DNA from: Eremomyces bilateralis CBS 781.70
Lineage: Eukaryota
Length of the DNA stretch: 64,000 nucleotides
Reading direction: 5' to 3' (one strand)
NCBI GenBank assembly: GCA_010015585.1
Contig: ML975149.1
The position numbers and the translations under genes are program-made. Below, piece after piece: positions 49,303-61,749 of the stretch. The first letter of the stretch is position 1; each line of letters opens with the position of its first letter. Below the pieces are notes generated by a model. The model did not search any database. It worked only from the letters and a program-made list of their open reading frames with translations, and had not been told where the DNA came from.

Positions 49303-50482
49303 CTATTGACCCTGATTTATTTCTGCAACCCTCTCAAATATACCCATCGTATGCTCCCAAATCGTCGCTCCGACATTTTTCTCACGGTACTCCTGTAGCA
49401 ACTTCTGTTTGCCCGTTGGTTCATCGTTCCAATTGACGAGATACGCCCCGCTGCCCGCGACCACATTGGCACCTAACATAGGCGCATGCAGGCCTTTAGG
49501 AGCAGGAACACCAGATGCCAGCGGAGAGTTCTCGGAAGGCTTTGCGGGTGGGTAGACGCCACTGGTAGCAATATACAGCTGCCTCGCACCCGTCTCCTCA
49601 TTACTGACAGCAAGGTTCGACAGCGACAACAGCGGAGAGAGAACATTCATAGCCACACGAGCCCAAGCAGGTAGTTCTCTCGCGAGGCCGGTAGTAACAA
49701 CCGTCGCCGGCCACGAGTGTGCGAACGTCGTCGCAGGCTGGCGCTTCGAGAATTCCTCGGTCATGAGACTGTTCATCGTCGTAGTATGTGTCGCGCACCT
49801 CGCTGCAGAGAATGTGTTCTTGAGCTCCAAGTCTTTGAAATTGAGCTTGCCTTCAAATCCTGCGTTGAATACACTTAGTGTCCGCGAGAAATGAGGCGGC
49901 TGAGTAGCGGCGGATTGGAGGAGGGGGAGGAGGTTCGAGATGAAGCGCATTCGGGAGTAGTAACTGAGCGTGAACTTGCGGTCGATGCCTTCGTGGGATT
50001 CTAGTTGGAGTCAGTAAAGAGGGATTCGCGAAGCCTTTCGTATCCTAACCATCGCGACCTCGTAATGACATGTTCCCCTGGCTCTGTACTATGAGATTGA
50101 TGTGCGACTCCTTCTTGGTAATCTCTGCGCATACTCGGTCGACCTCCCCGAGCTCCGACACGTCTGCTTTTAGAAACTCGATTTTCCCATCCTTGTTGAG
50201 GTCCTTGCATTCGTTGATGATGCGCTCTGCGGCCGATTCGCTGCGGCCTACGATATAGACTCGTGGGGAGAGAGCATTCTCGATGAAGGCTTTAGCTGTG
50301 TATTCCCCAATGCCCGACGTGGCACCAACTAGTATACGTTAGTTCAATAGAATGGTATTGTTAACATGCGAGGTAATATGAACTACCTTTTCGTGATAGT
50401 ACTGACCGAAAAGAGCTACCAAACCAGGACCCAACTGACGAAGCTGGGCATTGGAAGCGTGAACAAGGTCGAGTGCCACCAT
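49303..50482 (-). CDS. Atypical short-chain dehydrogenase/reductase (exons 50482-50407, 50328-50050, 50000-49303)
   Basis: MVALDLVHASNA..LVALF|VGATSGIG, VYIVGRS, LKADVS, EGIDRKFTLSYYSRMRF, ETGARQLY, IWEHT. Confidence 0.88.
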
Positions 50483-52302
50483 CTTGTGCTTTTCAGAGAG
50501 GAGCTGCTCCGTAGCTTGGATTGCGGGCTGTCTTGTTTTGCAGTGGGTTTCTGGTTGTATGACACAGCGTGAAATAATTCGACATTCTTCGGTTGAAAGA
50601 GTAGGAGCTCATTATTTTTTATGCTTACCTTCGCCGAATTGGTCGAGTCGATGTCGCGTCTGTGTCTGCCTAGGAACCAGGATATTTGCCATCTTTAATT
50701 CTCTATTGGCTCGGCCCGCCGCCCGCACGTCCGTGCCCGCACGTCCCGCGTGCGGGGCGCGGGCGGTGCGGCTTGCGGGCTAATACCATCCAAGCCCAAG
50801 ATATGTATGTACTTTGAGTATAATTAGTTAAGCATGATACACTAGGACAACTCTTGAACGAAGACCAATAACCAGATGTTATGGAGAGCTATAGCAGTGA
50901 TCAAAAGCGTCATAACGGAAATACTAAGAGACCAAAAGGGATTACCCGTCGGCGTATTTGGTATTCTATGGTTTTCTGACGCGTCGGGACTCAGGTCTTG
51001 AGACGGGGACAGCAGACGAGGTCTCGTGACTGCGCGACGATCATCATTCCTAGCCCTCCCTCGATTTGATTTCTCATTCTTCGATATGCGCCTGGCTGTG
51101 AGGAACATATAGCAAGAACAATAGAATGTGGTTTATAGGTTGCAGAACCCTTAGTTTGGCTGTGCGCCAACCTAGTCCTATCTTTTTGGTCGAGTGATTA
51201 GAGTAGGTAAGCTGGTGCGTTCTGAGTTCTGACCAAGCTTCTTACACTGACGTCCATTCATCGTTCCAATCCACAACCACGACCTTGTAGAAGTATTGAT
51301 ACGTAACTGATTGATCTATCTAGGAGTATGGGAGGCCTCGGAGGAATAGGAGGTAACCACACATGATACTAGCCGTATTGGGATGTCACCTGACTCCCAA
51401 CCTCTAGAGGATGGTTGATATCCAACAGACCTTTGTCCTGCTAATCTTCAACCAATGCACCAAGCCATCACCTGTCGAGTTATAGTTAATTATGCCAGGC
51501 GCACTCCCAATAGCCCAAGCACCCAAAGCAAGACCAGGGTGACTCGCGCCTCGTCCGATCTATTTAGGTTCTATTAACACAATCTTCAATAACCACCAGA
51601 AGTGATGCTTACGTTCACGGCAGTTAAGTCGCGCGGCTCTCCATTCTTCATATGGCTTGCTTAGATCTTATGAAATTGCTAACTTGGCAGTGAGATATCC
51701 AGCTACTCCCGTTCCCAAAGCGGTAGATGCTCTATGAAAGAGAATGACACTCTCAAACCAACAACCAAAGAACAATCAGTCACGACTTACAGGGACCCAT
51801 GTTGTGCGATTCAGGAATCTTGAATTGGTACCAAGCACCGTGCAAAGCGTCGCACTTGCGTGCCATTATGGACTGGGGCATATGCTAAGTACCAAGCTTT
51901 GGGAGCCTTAGGCCAGCTTGACCATAGTTCCAACTAACGCCAGCGCAAAAGAGACGGCAACGAAGTTAAGCTCCCCATAAAATTTCAGGGTTATGGAAAT
52001 CTCCCTAACCATATTCAAGGACCTCCGCTTCTCATCCCTCTTTGCGGAGATGCTCATCAGGAAAATGAGGGCGGGGTTCGGCTGAGATGCAGATCCCCCG
52101 AGGCCAGTGGTAATTATACGGTACTTCAGATACCCACTTTACCCCAGATCTCCACCTTTACCCAGGATCTCCACCTTACCCCAGATATCCTCCATTTGCC
52201 CGGATATTCTCTGTATTTCAGATATTCTTCATACCTCAGATCCTCTGTAGCACGGATATCACACTTCCCAAGCTTTTCAGATCACTCTCAGTCTATCCAG
52301 TC

Positions 52303-54204
52303 ATGGCCTCAGACAAGAAGATGTTGGACAGGCCGCCTAGTGAGGACCCTTTGCAGTGCGAGACGATTGAAGACATTGGGGCGATCGAAGATGAAGCCAC
52401 GGTCAAAAGAATCAACAGGAAGATTGACCGTAGAATCTGCATTGTCCTGGGCGTCCTGTACACGATTGCTGTCATAGATCGTGTTAATCTTCCAGTAGGC
52501 CATCTCTGTGTCCAGTGTTGCCTATAGATACAATTTGCTAACTTGATTATAGAATGCGTTCGTCGACCTAATCTCATTCAGTGATTTTTCCAAGATTGGA
52601 TAGGGGACTGCCTGCTGATGCATAAATTCGAATAGTTACGTGGCTGGTATGGGTAGGGACCTCAAGTTAGCCGAAGGAAACGCATACGTGAGTCAGTCCC
52701 AAGTCTAATTTGGATTTCGATGATCTAACTTCCAACCAGTCGCTTTTGATCCTTTGCTTTTTCCCGTTCTACATCGCCTTCCAGCCAGTGATGACCCCAA
52801 TTTCTCGGAAGCTCCGTCCTCGTCGATTCTTATCTGGCATTGTTATATCTTGGGGCCTTGTAATGGCTGGCCATGGCCTTGTGCACGACTGGCGTGCCAT
52901 GCTCGCCCTTCGCTGCTTGCTTGGAATTTTCGAAGCTGGGTTCTTTTCTACCAGTGTTTACCTCATTAGTACCTGGTACATTCGGAGTAAGCATTGCCTA
53001 CTCCTTTCTATTGCAAACAAGTATAACTGATTGTATCCTAGGCGAAGTGGCAACACGAAATGCCGCCTTTTACTTGGTGGGCGTTTTCTTTGCCGGATTT
53101 GGAGGTGTTCTTGCGTACGGAGTAAGTTTGCTCATATAGCCGTCTCCCAATCTTTGAACCTACTAATTCCGTAATCCAGCTCTCGAGGATGGATGGCGTG
53201 GGAGGCTATGCTGGTTGGAGATGTAAGTGAACCTAGAGTATCTTCAGTGGAATGTCCTGACCTAAACTTATCAAATCCAGGGATTTTCATAATCGAGGGG
53301 ATCATCACCATCGTCGGGGGATGCCTAGCATATATCCTTATCGTTGATTTCCCTGAACAGGCAGCTCACTCGTGGAAATTCCTCACCGAGGAAGAGGCCA
53401 GAATTATCATAGAACGAGTTGAGCGTGACCGCGGCGACACAATCATACCGCCCTTCGAATTGTGGCCGTACCTTGCAAATGCCCTGGATTGGAAAATATG
53501 GTTCTTTGCTGCAAACTTTGGCCTCACATCAACCGTTACATATGCGACGGCGTACTTTATGCCGATCATTCTCCGTGAAGATATGGGATTCAGCGAAGTC
53601 GCAACACAGTGTCTCTCGACCCCGGTAAGTCATCAGCGTCGCCAAACAATTTGAACTTAACCTTCATGAAATTCGTGGAATTCTATCAATATTTAGCTAA
53701 CTCGTTTCCGCGCTTCTTCAGGCAGTCGCCGTTGCAGCAATTCTCGGCCAGTTCGAAGCTTACCTCTCCGATCGTTTCCGTCTGCGAAGCCCGTTCATGA
53801 TCTTTAACGCAGCTCTGATAATAATTGGTATTATTCTCCTTGGCTTCGTGGAAGTCACGGGGGTGCGATTCTTTGGATGTTTCCTGATCGTGGGAGGTGC
53901 AAATGCCAATATTCCTCTGACTCTGACATACCAAGCCAACAATATTGTGGGCCAATGGAAACGAGCATTCTGCTCTGCAACCCTTATCGGTGCTGGTGCC
54001 GTCGGTGGAATCATTGGGTCTTTGACCTTCCGCAGTCAGGATGCTCCAGCTTATCGTCCAGGTCTTTATACTTGCCTAACTGCTGGAGCGCTGGTGATCC
54101 TCTCCGTTTTAATTACAACGGCATACTTTGCCGTCTCCAATAAGAGGCAACGACAAGGGAAATTGATAATTGAGAAAATGGATGGTTTCAGGTATACTCA
54201 CTAA
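52303..54204 (+). CDS. MFS transporter, anion:cation symporter (allantoate/nicotinate/phthalate) family, 8 exons
   Basis: RKIDRRI, DRVNLP|NA|YVAGM, LRCLLGIFEAGFF, STWY, GWR|WIFIIEG, DFPE, YQANNI, GFRYTH. Exons 52303-52494, 52553-52557, 52636-52687, 52740-52986, 53042-53121, 53180-53222, 53281-53624, 53722-54204. Confidence 0.9.
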
Positions 54205-54517
54205 ATGAGACGATATTGGATGGTGGAGAGTCTAGACTGGTGTGAAGCGAATAGGTTATAAATGTAAGGCTAGACTTGGTGATAGAAAAAAACCTTGGTG
54301 TTGGAAAACGAGTATATTCATGTTTCCGTGAAGCTGATGTGCCACCAAAACGGGATTCCAGATTGAACGGCTAGTAACTCATTATCCCCTTGATTGCTGC
54401 AGTGCTCAAAGACCGGTGACCAACCCCCGGGTGTCTTACCAGGGGTTCTAACCCCATGGCCGACCACTTTCTGCTTCGACCGCCGTTCGTTGTGTATTAA
54501 CTAACTTAACTTAGTTA

Positions 54518-54936
54518 ACGTAATCCACCAGCGAGTCGCCCATACCACCGACTCGCCCATCCCATTTCACACCAAAAATGGCAAAATCAGACATACAATA
54601 TCCCAACCCAGACATGATGAAATTATTTAGAAATCAATAGGTAGAATCTAGTAAGCATTTTATGCATTCTATATAGATTTCGGAGAGATATATAACGTCC
54701 TTGAAGAGATATTTAAGTCCCAATTATCTCCTCATACAAAAATCTAGCCATATTATACGATCTCTACTAATAATGGGTATAACTGGCCTGACTTAATATA
54801 TATCTTTAAGTACATGATAAAGACCTTGAGAACATACTTTTTGAATCATCCTACTCCGTTGTTGTTAAGATATTGTATGTATGATTTTGCCATTTTTGGT
54901 GTGAAATGGGATGGGCGACTCGCAGGTGGATTAACT
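54518..54936. mobile_element. 419-bp non-autonomous pogo/Fot1-like element (MITE) with TA flanks
   Basis: Left TA|ACGTAATCCACCAGCGAGTCGCCCAT; reverse complement of right end TA|AGTTAATCCACCTGCGAGTCGCCCAT. The inverted match continues ~50 bp (CCCATTTCACACCAAAAATGGCAAAATCA-ACATACAATATC). AT-rich interior with no ORF. Confidence 0.85.
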
Positions 54937-55668
54937 TAACTACGTTAAGTTAGTTAGTTGTACCTTGCGCATCCAGACCGTGTCAGTGGAAACTGGGTTT
55001 TGATGAGAAGTTGAGCACTGTAGCGACGGCCATCAAGGGGATAAGGTTTAAGCGCAGTGATCGTCCCGCCGCATGTTACGATTTCATTCGTCAGAAGCAT
55101 AGCTTACCCTACTAATTTGAACTAACCAGATTTGGTTGCGTACGAAGAGGTGCACCACAGTCATTTACTGCTACAGCTATAATTATTGTAACAGCATTGG
55201 GTCTGTTTAGGAACCGATGGCGATCTTGCGTTTTGCTGCTGAGCAGGTCGGACTTCAGACCGATTTGGACAGACCTAAATTCGGTCTCAGCTCGACATAG
55301 CTCTCTGACTAATACTAATACCTCTCGGAGCGCTCGGACAGTCTCGGTGAGTTTTAACACCGAGGCGAACCTATGAGTAAAGCAACCACTTTTTCTAGGA
55401 GTTTTAGACCCGATTCGAACGGCGAACCTAGGGGCGACCAATTTCCTCACCAGACGAATTTATAACGAGCGGAAAGGGCCAGATGAAATCACCAAATAAT
55501 GACGTCATGGAAGTTAGTCAACCTTGGTCGACGTCCCTTTCGGTCTTATATATTGTGTTTGACGTTCCCCTTTACTTCACTCACGACCTCAAATACCAAT
55601 ACGAGCATTGATACTATCGCAACGACTATCAGCAAGTCCAAGCGTGTAACCCCTCCAATTTTCCGACA

Positions 55669-56681
55669 ATGGTAAAATTTATCACCGTTTTCGGTGCTAC
55701 TGGCATCCAAGGAGGCTCAGTTATCAAAGCGATTCTGGGCGATGCAACTCTTGCGAAAGAGTACTCCATTCGAGGCGTGACTCGCGACACGTCCAAACCC
55801 AAGGCTCAAGCACTGGCTCAGAAAGGTGTTGAATTGGTGACGGTATAGACGAAGTTCCGAGGCTTGGAGACTCTCTGGCTGACTGCAACTGAAGGCGAAC
55901 ATGGACTCCAAGGACTCGATCGTCTCTGCGATCGAGGGTTCTGATATCATCTTCCTTGTGACCAACTACTGGGAGACTGGTGATCCTGAAGTTGAGAAAG
56001 CTCAAGGTAAAACCGTCGCTGATGCGTCCAAAGCGGCCGGAGTCAAGCATATCATCTTCTCCTCTTTGCTCAATGTGACGAAAATTTCCGGCGGCCGGCT
56101 CCCACACGTGAAACACTTCGATGGGAAGGCGGAAATCGAAGAATACATCCGTTCCTCAGGGATCCCGGCAACTTTTGTTCTGCCAGGTTACTATATGTCC
56201 AACTACCTGCAGATGCTTCAGAAGGGAGATGACGGCTCCTACAGCCTTGCGTATCCAGTCAGCAAGGAGGCAAAGTTCCCCCTTTTCGATGCGGCCGAGG
56301 ACATGGGTGAATATTACTATAAACGTTTCCGCAGGGCTGAAGCACTGACACGTCGTAGGCAAATTTGTGAAGCCCGCTCTGAAGAAGCCAGAAAAATTCA
56401 ATGGCAAACGGATTCTGGCAGCGACCGACTACTATCCTGTCGCGCGCATTCTCGCTGAGTTTGAGGAGGTGACTGGGAAAAAGATCAACTTCAATCAAAT
56501 TAGCGCGGATCAGTACAAGAGCTTCCTACCAGACTACATGGCGCAAGAGATGCTGGAGAACCACTTGCTGATCGAGGAGCCAGGATATTACAATGGCACG
56601 TCCTTGCAGGAGAGTCTGGATGCCTTGGAGGACAAACCAACGACTTGGAAGGAGTTTGTGAAGAAAAGTGGTTTTCGATAG
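55669..56681 (+). CDS. NmrA-like NAD(P)-binding family protein (exons 55669-55842, 55895-56306, 56359-56681)
   Basis: VFGATGIQGGSV, IRGVTRD, FLVTNYW, QGKTVADA, VKHFDGKA, DM|GKFV. Confidence 0.92.
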
Positions 56682-58038
56682 GGTAGAGACTTGCAATCCC
56701 ATTGTTTAATGATCTGACAGACTACTGTTTACGCATAAATGCTTGCTGTGTCTAGCTGTAGTATCCCACGGTCGGCAATAATAGATATAATAATAATAAT
56801 AATTCAATTCAACGTGCTATCCGGTTCCCGTTAGGGTCTATGAACACGGTCATTTGACTATTTAGTATGTCGCGGGTAAATTTGTATAACTAGTTTCTTA
56901 ATAAGACACGTTTCGATCCAACGTGGTGACACTCCGAGCAAACACAAACCACGTGACCCAACACACACTGAAGTCAGGTGACCTCCGTGTGACATCATCA
57001 ATGTCATAGCTTTTGACTGATTTGCGTGTTCTTACCCAAGAAGCCGTTACGTGAGGACTGGGTTCGGCTCTTGAAAGAAGTGCATCTGTCAATAGTTCAA
57101 TCTTCTTTTCCAATTCGGAACTGTTTGGAGTTTTATGTTTGGGAGGCCCTCCCATAACGTATTCCCTAGAGCCACTTTGACAGGTCTGACATGACTGACG
57201 AGCAACGGATACACACATCTATCTCTACTACCAACGCATGCGCGCATCCACTCCTGATTCCTTTGGATGGCTAATCTCCCAATTCTGGTATCATTGTTTC
57301 CTGGGTGACTATCAGGCGAGCTGTTGAGAGCCATGGAATCTCCTGTAGGTGGGCTGGCCTGGAATCAGGTCCAGCTGTATCCAAATGAAAACTCGAATGG
57401 AAGTCGCTGTTTAGTCGTCATCGCAGCAATTTTGTCATAAGATCAGCACGTTGGTCAATGATAATTGTAATCGATTGTTGAAGAATTGGGAGAGTGGTGA
57501 AAGTCGCTGGATGGTTCGTGAGGATGTAGCGTTTTGTACGGAATATAGACAGTGAGTTCGGGTTTCAAGTGAAAAAGTAAAGAAATGCGTGGTGGTTATG
57601 TCGCGGGATGCGTGGTGCGGGAATACTGTCGCAAGATGCCTGTTGGTTTCTACTGCCTCCTAACATTCCTTTCCCTACCCTCTACCCCTAGGCTAGGCCT
57701 AATCAGGACGCCTCAGCCTTCTCCTATGTATTTAAGTTATCTTTATCTAGCTTACTAGCTAGATCTCCTTTTCTAGACTATGGGAGTAATCAATAATTCA
57801 AAATCAATTTGCGTTATGACTAGTTATAGTAACTGAGCTTAAACAGCCACCGTGCTTAATCATCACCCCCGCGAAATGCGACAAATACGGTGTCTATCCC
57901 ACCCGGAACCAGCCATACACGGGGGTCACGTGTAGGAAACTGGCAAACGGCGTAAAACAGAGATATCCTGTAAAACTGATCTCTGAGAGTAGTTAGGTCC
58001 TTCCCTGAAGATTCACTTTCACCGCAAATCATTTCGCA

Positions 58039-59466
58039 ATGGACTCACCATTTGCTGTTCTCAAGTTTCTTATCCTTAAAACTCCGTTTATCCTGAGAAC
58101 GGTGCTGTACCATGCCCTCTCTCTGTCCCCAACTTCGTCCAAATGGGATCTCCGCACCACGCTTATAGTCAATATCGTCCGTGATATGCTAACCAACTCC
58201 CCTCCGTCCACAATATCCAAGCAGCAAAAGGACACGTTACGGGATCCCGGAATCAAAGGCAAGATGTGGGTGAGTAAAGTTACAATGCCAGCTCCGTCGG
58301 AAGACGCAGTACGGGATTTGCTGTTCGAAACAATCGACGCGCTCAAGCAGGAAAATGAGGAATACTCCAGGCCGGCTCTCGTACCAGTCGAGGCAGAGTG
58401 GACAGGTTATCGGGCAGGTGTCGCAGACAATGCACCCGAGCTATCAATTTCCGAGGCGGAGAAGTACGAGAACTTAATGAAGGAGGTTACAAGTGATGTA
58501 ACTTTGCTATATTTCCACGGCGGAGCATACTACCTGATGGACCCTTGCACTCAGAGATCAGCAACTTCAAAATACAGCAATCTCACCGGAGGTCGTGTGT
58601 TGTCGGTACGCTATCGCCTAGCACCACAGAACCCCTTCCCGGCCGCTCTACTCGACGCTCTCGTCTCCTATCTATCCCTCCTCTATCCACCAGCAGGTGC
58701 GCTTCACAAGCCAGTTCCTGCATCGCACATTGTCATTACTGGGGATTCCGCAGGCGGAAACCTCTCCCTTGTCCTTCTGCAAGCCCTGCTCCAAATCCAT
58801 CGCGCCGCGCCCGCCGGGAATGTCCCCACGGTCGTATTCCACGGCAAAGTGGTCGAGCTGCCCCTCCCCGCCGGAGTCGCACTGAGTCCCCCCTCCCTCG
58901 ATCTCACGCGCTGTATGCCATCGACGGAGAACAATGCACAGTACAACTACCTCCCACCGCCTTCAATTTCCCCGACCAAATCGCCTCCCTGCACAATTTG
59001 GCCAACCGACCCACCCCGCGCCGACCTCTTCTGCGAAGGCAGCGCGCTCTGTCATCCCCTCGTTTCTCCTCTCGCCGCAAAATCTTGGGAAGGTTCGCCG
59101 CCGATCTTCGTCGTCTGCGGCGAGGAAATGCTCACGGATGAGTGCAAAGCATTCGTACAGAAGGCCGCGAAGCAGAGGGTCAGGGCTGTCTGGGAGCAGT
59201 ACGAGGCGATGCCACACTGCTTCTCACTACTTCTTGAGGGGAACGCAGGGGGTGCAATGAGTTTCGATAGTTGGTCAGATTTTGTAAAGAGGGCGGTGCA
59301 GAGTCCGGAGGAGATTGTGACGAGAGGAGAGTTTATCACTGCGAAGAACTTGGTTAGACGGCCAGTGGAAGTCTACAAACTGATGGATATGAGCGATGAA
59401 GATATCTTGGTGCGGATGAGAAACGCGAGGCAGAAGATGATTGAGTGCGCTGCCACGGCTTGTTAA
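58039..59466 (+). CDS. Alpha/beta hydrolase (hormone-sensitive-lipase-like esterase/deacetylase)
   Basis: LYFHGGAY oxyanion motif, YRLAPQNPFPAAL, GDSAGG nucleophile elbow, PLVSP, AMPHCF. Confidence 0.92.
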   Translation: MDSPFAVLKFLILKTPFILRTVLYHALSLSPTSSKWDLRTTLIVNIVRDMLTNSPPSTISKQQKDTLRDPGIKGKMWVSKVTMPAPSEDAVRDLLFETIDALKQENEEYSRPALVPVEAEWTGYRAGVADNAPELSISEAEKYENLMKEVTSDVTLLYFHGGAYYLMDPCTQRSATSKYSNLTGGRVLSVRYRLAPQNPFPAALLDALVSYLSLLYPPAGALHKPVPASHIVITGDSAGGNLSLVLLQALLQIHRAAPAGNVPTVVFHGKVVELPLPAGVALSPPSLDLTRCMPSTENNAQYNYLPPPSISPTKSPPCTIWPTDPPRADLFCEGSALCHPLVSPLAAKSWEGSPPIFVVCGEEMLTDECKAFVQKAAKQRVRAVWEQYEAMPHCFSLLLEGNAGGAMSFDSWSDFVKRAVQSPEEIVTRGEFITAKNLVRRPVEVYKLMDMSDEDILVRMRNARQKMIECAATAC

Positions 59467-60765
59467 AGTAGCCCCCCTGCGCATTGGTGAGATCATGTTA
59501 ACACTTCTCTTATAGAGCTTGATAATATCGTTTATCGTTAGGCACATCGGCCGGATCAACTTCTGTGAAAAACCTGGGAAAGGAAACTAAGACTAGTTGT
59601 TATGATTGTTATCAGTGCATGCATCAAGGATTGATGCTACTGTAGTTAAGGCTTCAGGTTAGTGCCCGAGACACCCACAGTCATCTGTGCTTCCCTACGA
59701 CCTGCGTAATAACATAGCCTATAACATCAATCTTCCTTCATTTTCAAACAGTTCTTGCGAAACCATAACAAATCCGGTGTCTGATCATAGACGAAAAATC
59801 TATAATCCGCCTTCGTCAGCTTTCTTATATTAATCATCATTGCCGCGAGATCTTTCCTGATCTAGAGATGCCTTTTGGTGGTCTTAGTATCCTCCTCTGT
59901 GACGATTTTCTTTCAGCTTCTGCCAGTCCTCGTAGTTGCGCTTTACAACCAAAAGAATCTTAAGTTGGATAAGATGCAGGGGCAAAATACACACTACGGA
60001 TTCAATCTAACCCTCAAGCTTGACGAAGCCCTTCGGTAGCAGGGTAACGATGTCGAGTCTATTCGGTTCGTCAGGCTCTTGATCACGGCCGGATAAGCTC
60101 TGCAACACGTGGTGATTGGACACTCCTTAGTACACGAACCCAGGCTACTCTTCCGCATGAGGAGGTAGAATCATTCCGGGGCGCCCTTCGTATCTTTGGT
60201 AATAAGGCACTAGTCGCTAGGTTCAATTGCCTTCGTTTACGCGATCTCGGTTCTCCTGTTAACGTCTGTCAGGCAAATTATGGAGGAAAGAAGGCAGAGA
60301 ATGTTCCTTCTGGTGAAGCAGGAGACCTCCATCGTAAGATTCCTAATATCATCAACTTCAGATCTTCCAATCTCAACAGTATACGAGGACAGTGCTCCAG
60401 GTGGTCACTTTGTGGCAGTAGAGATACAAAAAAGCCAATCTCAGTCTCTGAGAAGCTTTTCGGGGTCTGAAGAGTTTGGAAGATGCTGTGGTAGGAATAG
60501 CATTAACACAGCCGTTATCAGGTTTGTTCGCAAGGATTGAGCCCCTATTAGATAATGGTCACAATCATTCATGTTGTATCCCCATGGCCTCAGCTGGTAG
60601 CTATGCTCCAGAAATTAGAACGGTCAACCTATTATGAAGACGTAGACAGGCCGTAGACCCTTTAAGTTAATTAGTTAACGTCAGCAAGACCCAGTTGGTT
60701 AGTTGTTCACCTTCCTTCTCCTCATCATTCCCTACGGTTTTCGTTGTTGAGAAATAGATTTCATT

Positions 60766-61516
60766 ATGATCTTTCTTGTATCTCTCCTTGTAGTTGCTAG
60801 CGCTTAATGTCAGTAACTAGAGCAGACCTTACTAGTTAAGAGCGAGTTAACACGAAGGCTACCTAGTATTCAATAATGAATCAATGACAACAACACCTCG
60901 CCCAGAACCATCATGTACACCTAACTGTATACAGAGCGCTCTCTACCTTGCCACTTGGGAGTGTGTGGGGTATACTATCAGTTCCATCTGTGATGGAGCG
61001 GCGCCAACTGGTATCCCGTCGGATTGTGCAGTACCTGGTCCTGTCCTTGAATCGTGCTCTGTCCCTAGCTCTGCCCTTATCTCTGTCCCTAGTTCTGTCC
61101 TTGGATCAGGGCCAGGATCAGGCTCGGGATCAGGCTCGGCATTAGGCCCGGGAGCTGGGCAAGAGACACCGGGTATCCCAGCGAGCAGTGATAGTGGCAC
61201 CAGCTGTGGGAATCTAGGTGAAGATTCAGGAAGCAGAAGCGGGAGCGGGAGTGTAACCGGTGCAAGTAGTCCCGTGAGCGGTAGCGGCACTCAACCAGGT
61301 GGCGCGGGGCCGACTCCGAGCACATCACACTCTGTCCTGAACGCGATCCAGTCCAGCGGAGACGGCGCGGCAACGGGAGGACTTGGTGCCCCTTCGCAAT
61401 CGACCATGGCGTCAGGGACGAACCAGTCCGGTGGTGCGTCGCTGGGGGCTAGGGGGGGATACAGGGGATTTGCGTTCTCGGCTGTCATGGTGGTGTTTGG
61501 AGCCTGGCTAACTTGA
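60766..61516 (+). pseudogene. Ser/Gly-rich GPI-anchored cell-surface protein gene with an apparently disrupted signal-peptide exon
   Basis: ORF 60884-61516 has a Cys-containing head, an SG-rich stalk and a hydrophobic tail (SGGAS...FAFSAVMVVFGAWLT). Upstream MIFLVSLLVVASA is followed by TAA at 60805 and 60814. Confidence 0.5.
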
Positions 61517-61749
61517 GCCAGGTGAGATGCAAAGGAGGATTATGATAAGCTGGTTTAGTATTTCCGTTGTGAACTCAGATATTAAATAGATGGTGATTAA
61601 GGGGGCGTATTGAAGGAGTGGTTATAGATCAAGTGGCTTCCCAGGTAGGATTAGCTTGATGTAAACAGTTCTACCATTTCTATCAATTCTCTGATAAAAT
61701 CAATCAACCTATCGTCGCCACCAAGACCAAAATGGATCGCACAAGAGGA

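Noticed and set aside
50710..50781. GC-rich GCCCGC/GCGGGC quasi-palindrome (similar tract at 47763-47815) as a transposon end
   Set aside because: No defined TIR pair or target-site duplication could be identified.
36197..59466. Secondary-metabolite biosynthetic cluster
   Set aside because: No PKS, NRPS, terpene synthase or repeat-peptide precursor is visible, and TSC1 and a tRNA interrupt the region.
59900..60350. Minus-strand fragment D*CLITKD resembling an HNH-endonuclease relic
   Set aside because: Multiple stops and only a few matching residues; too weak without a profile search.
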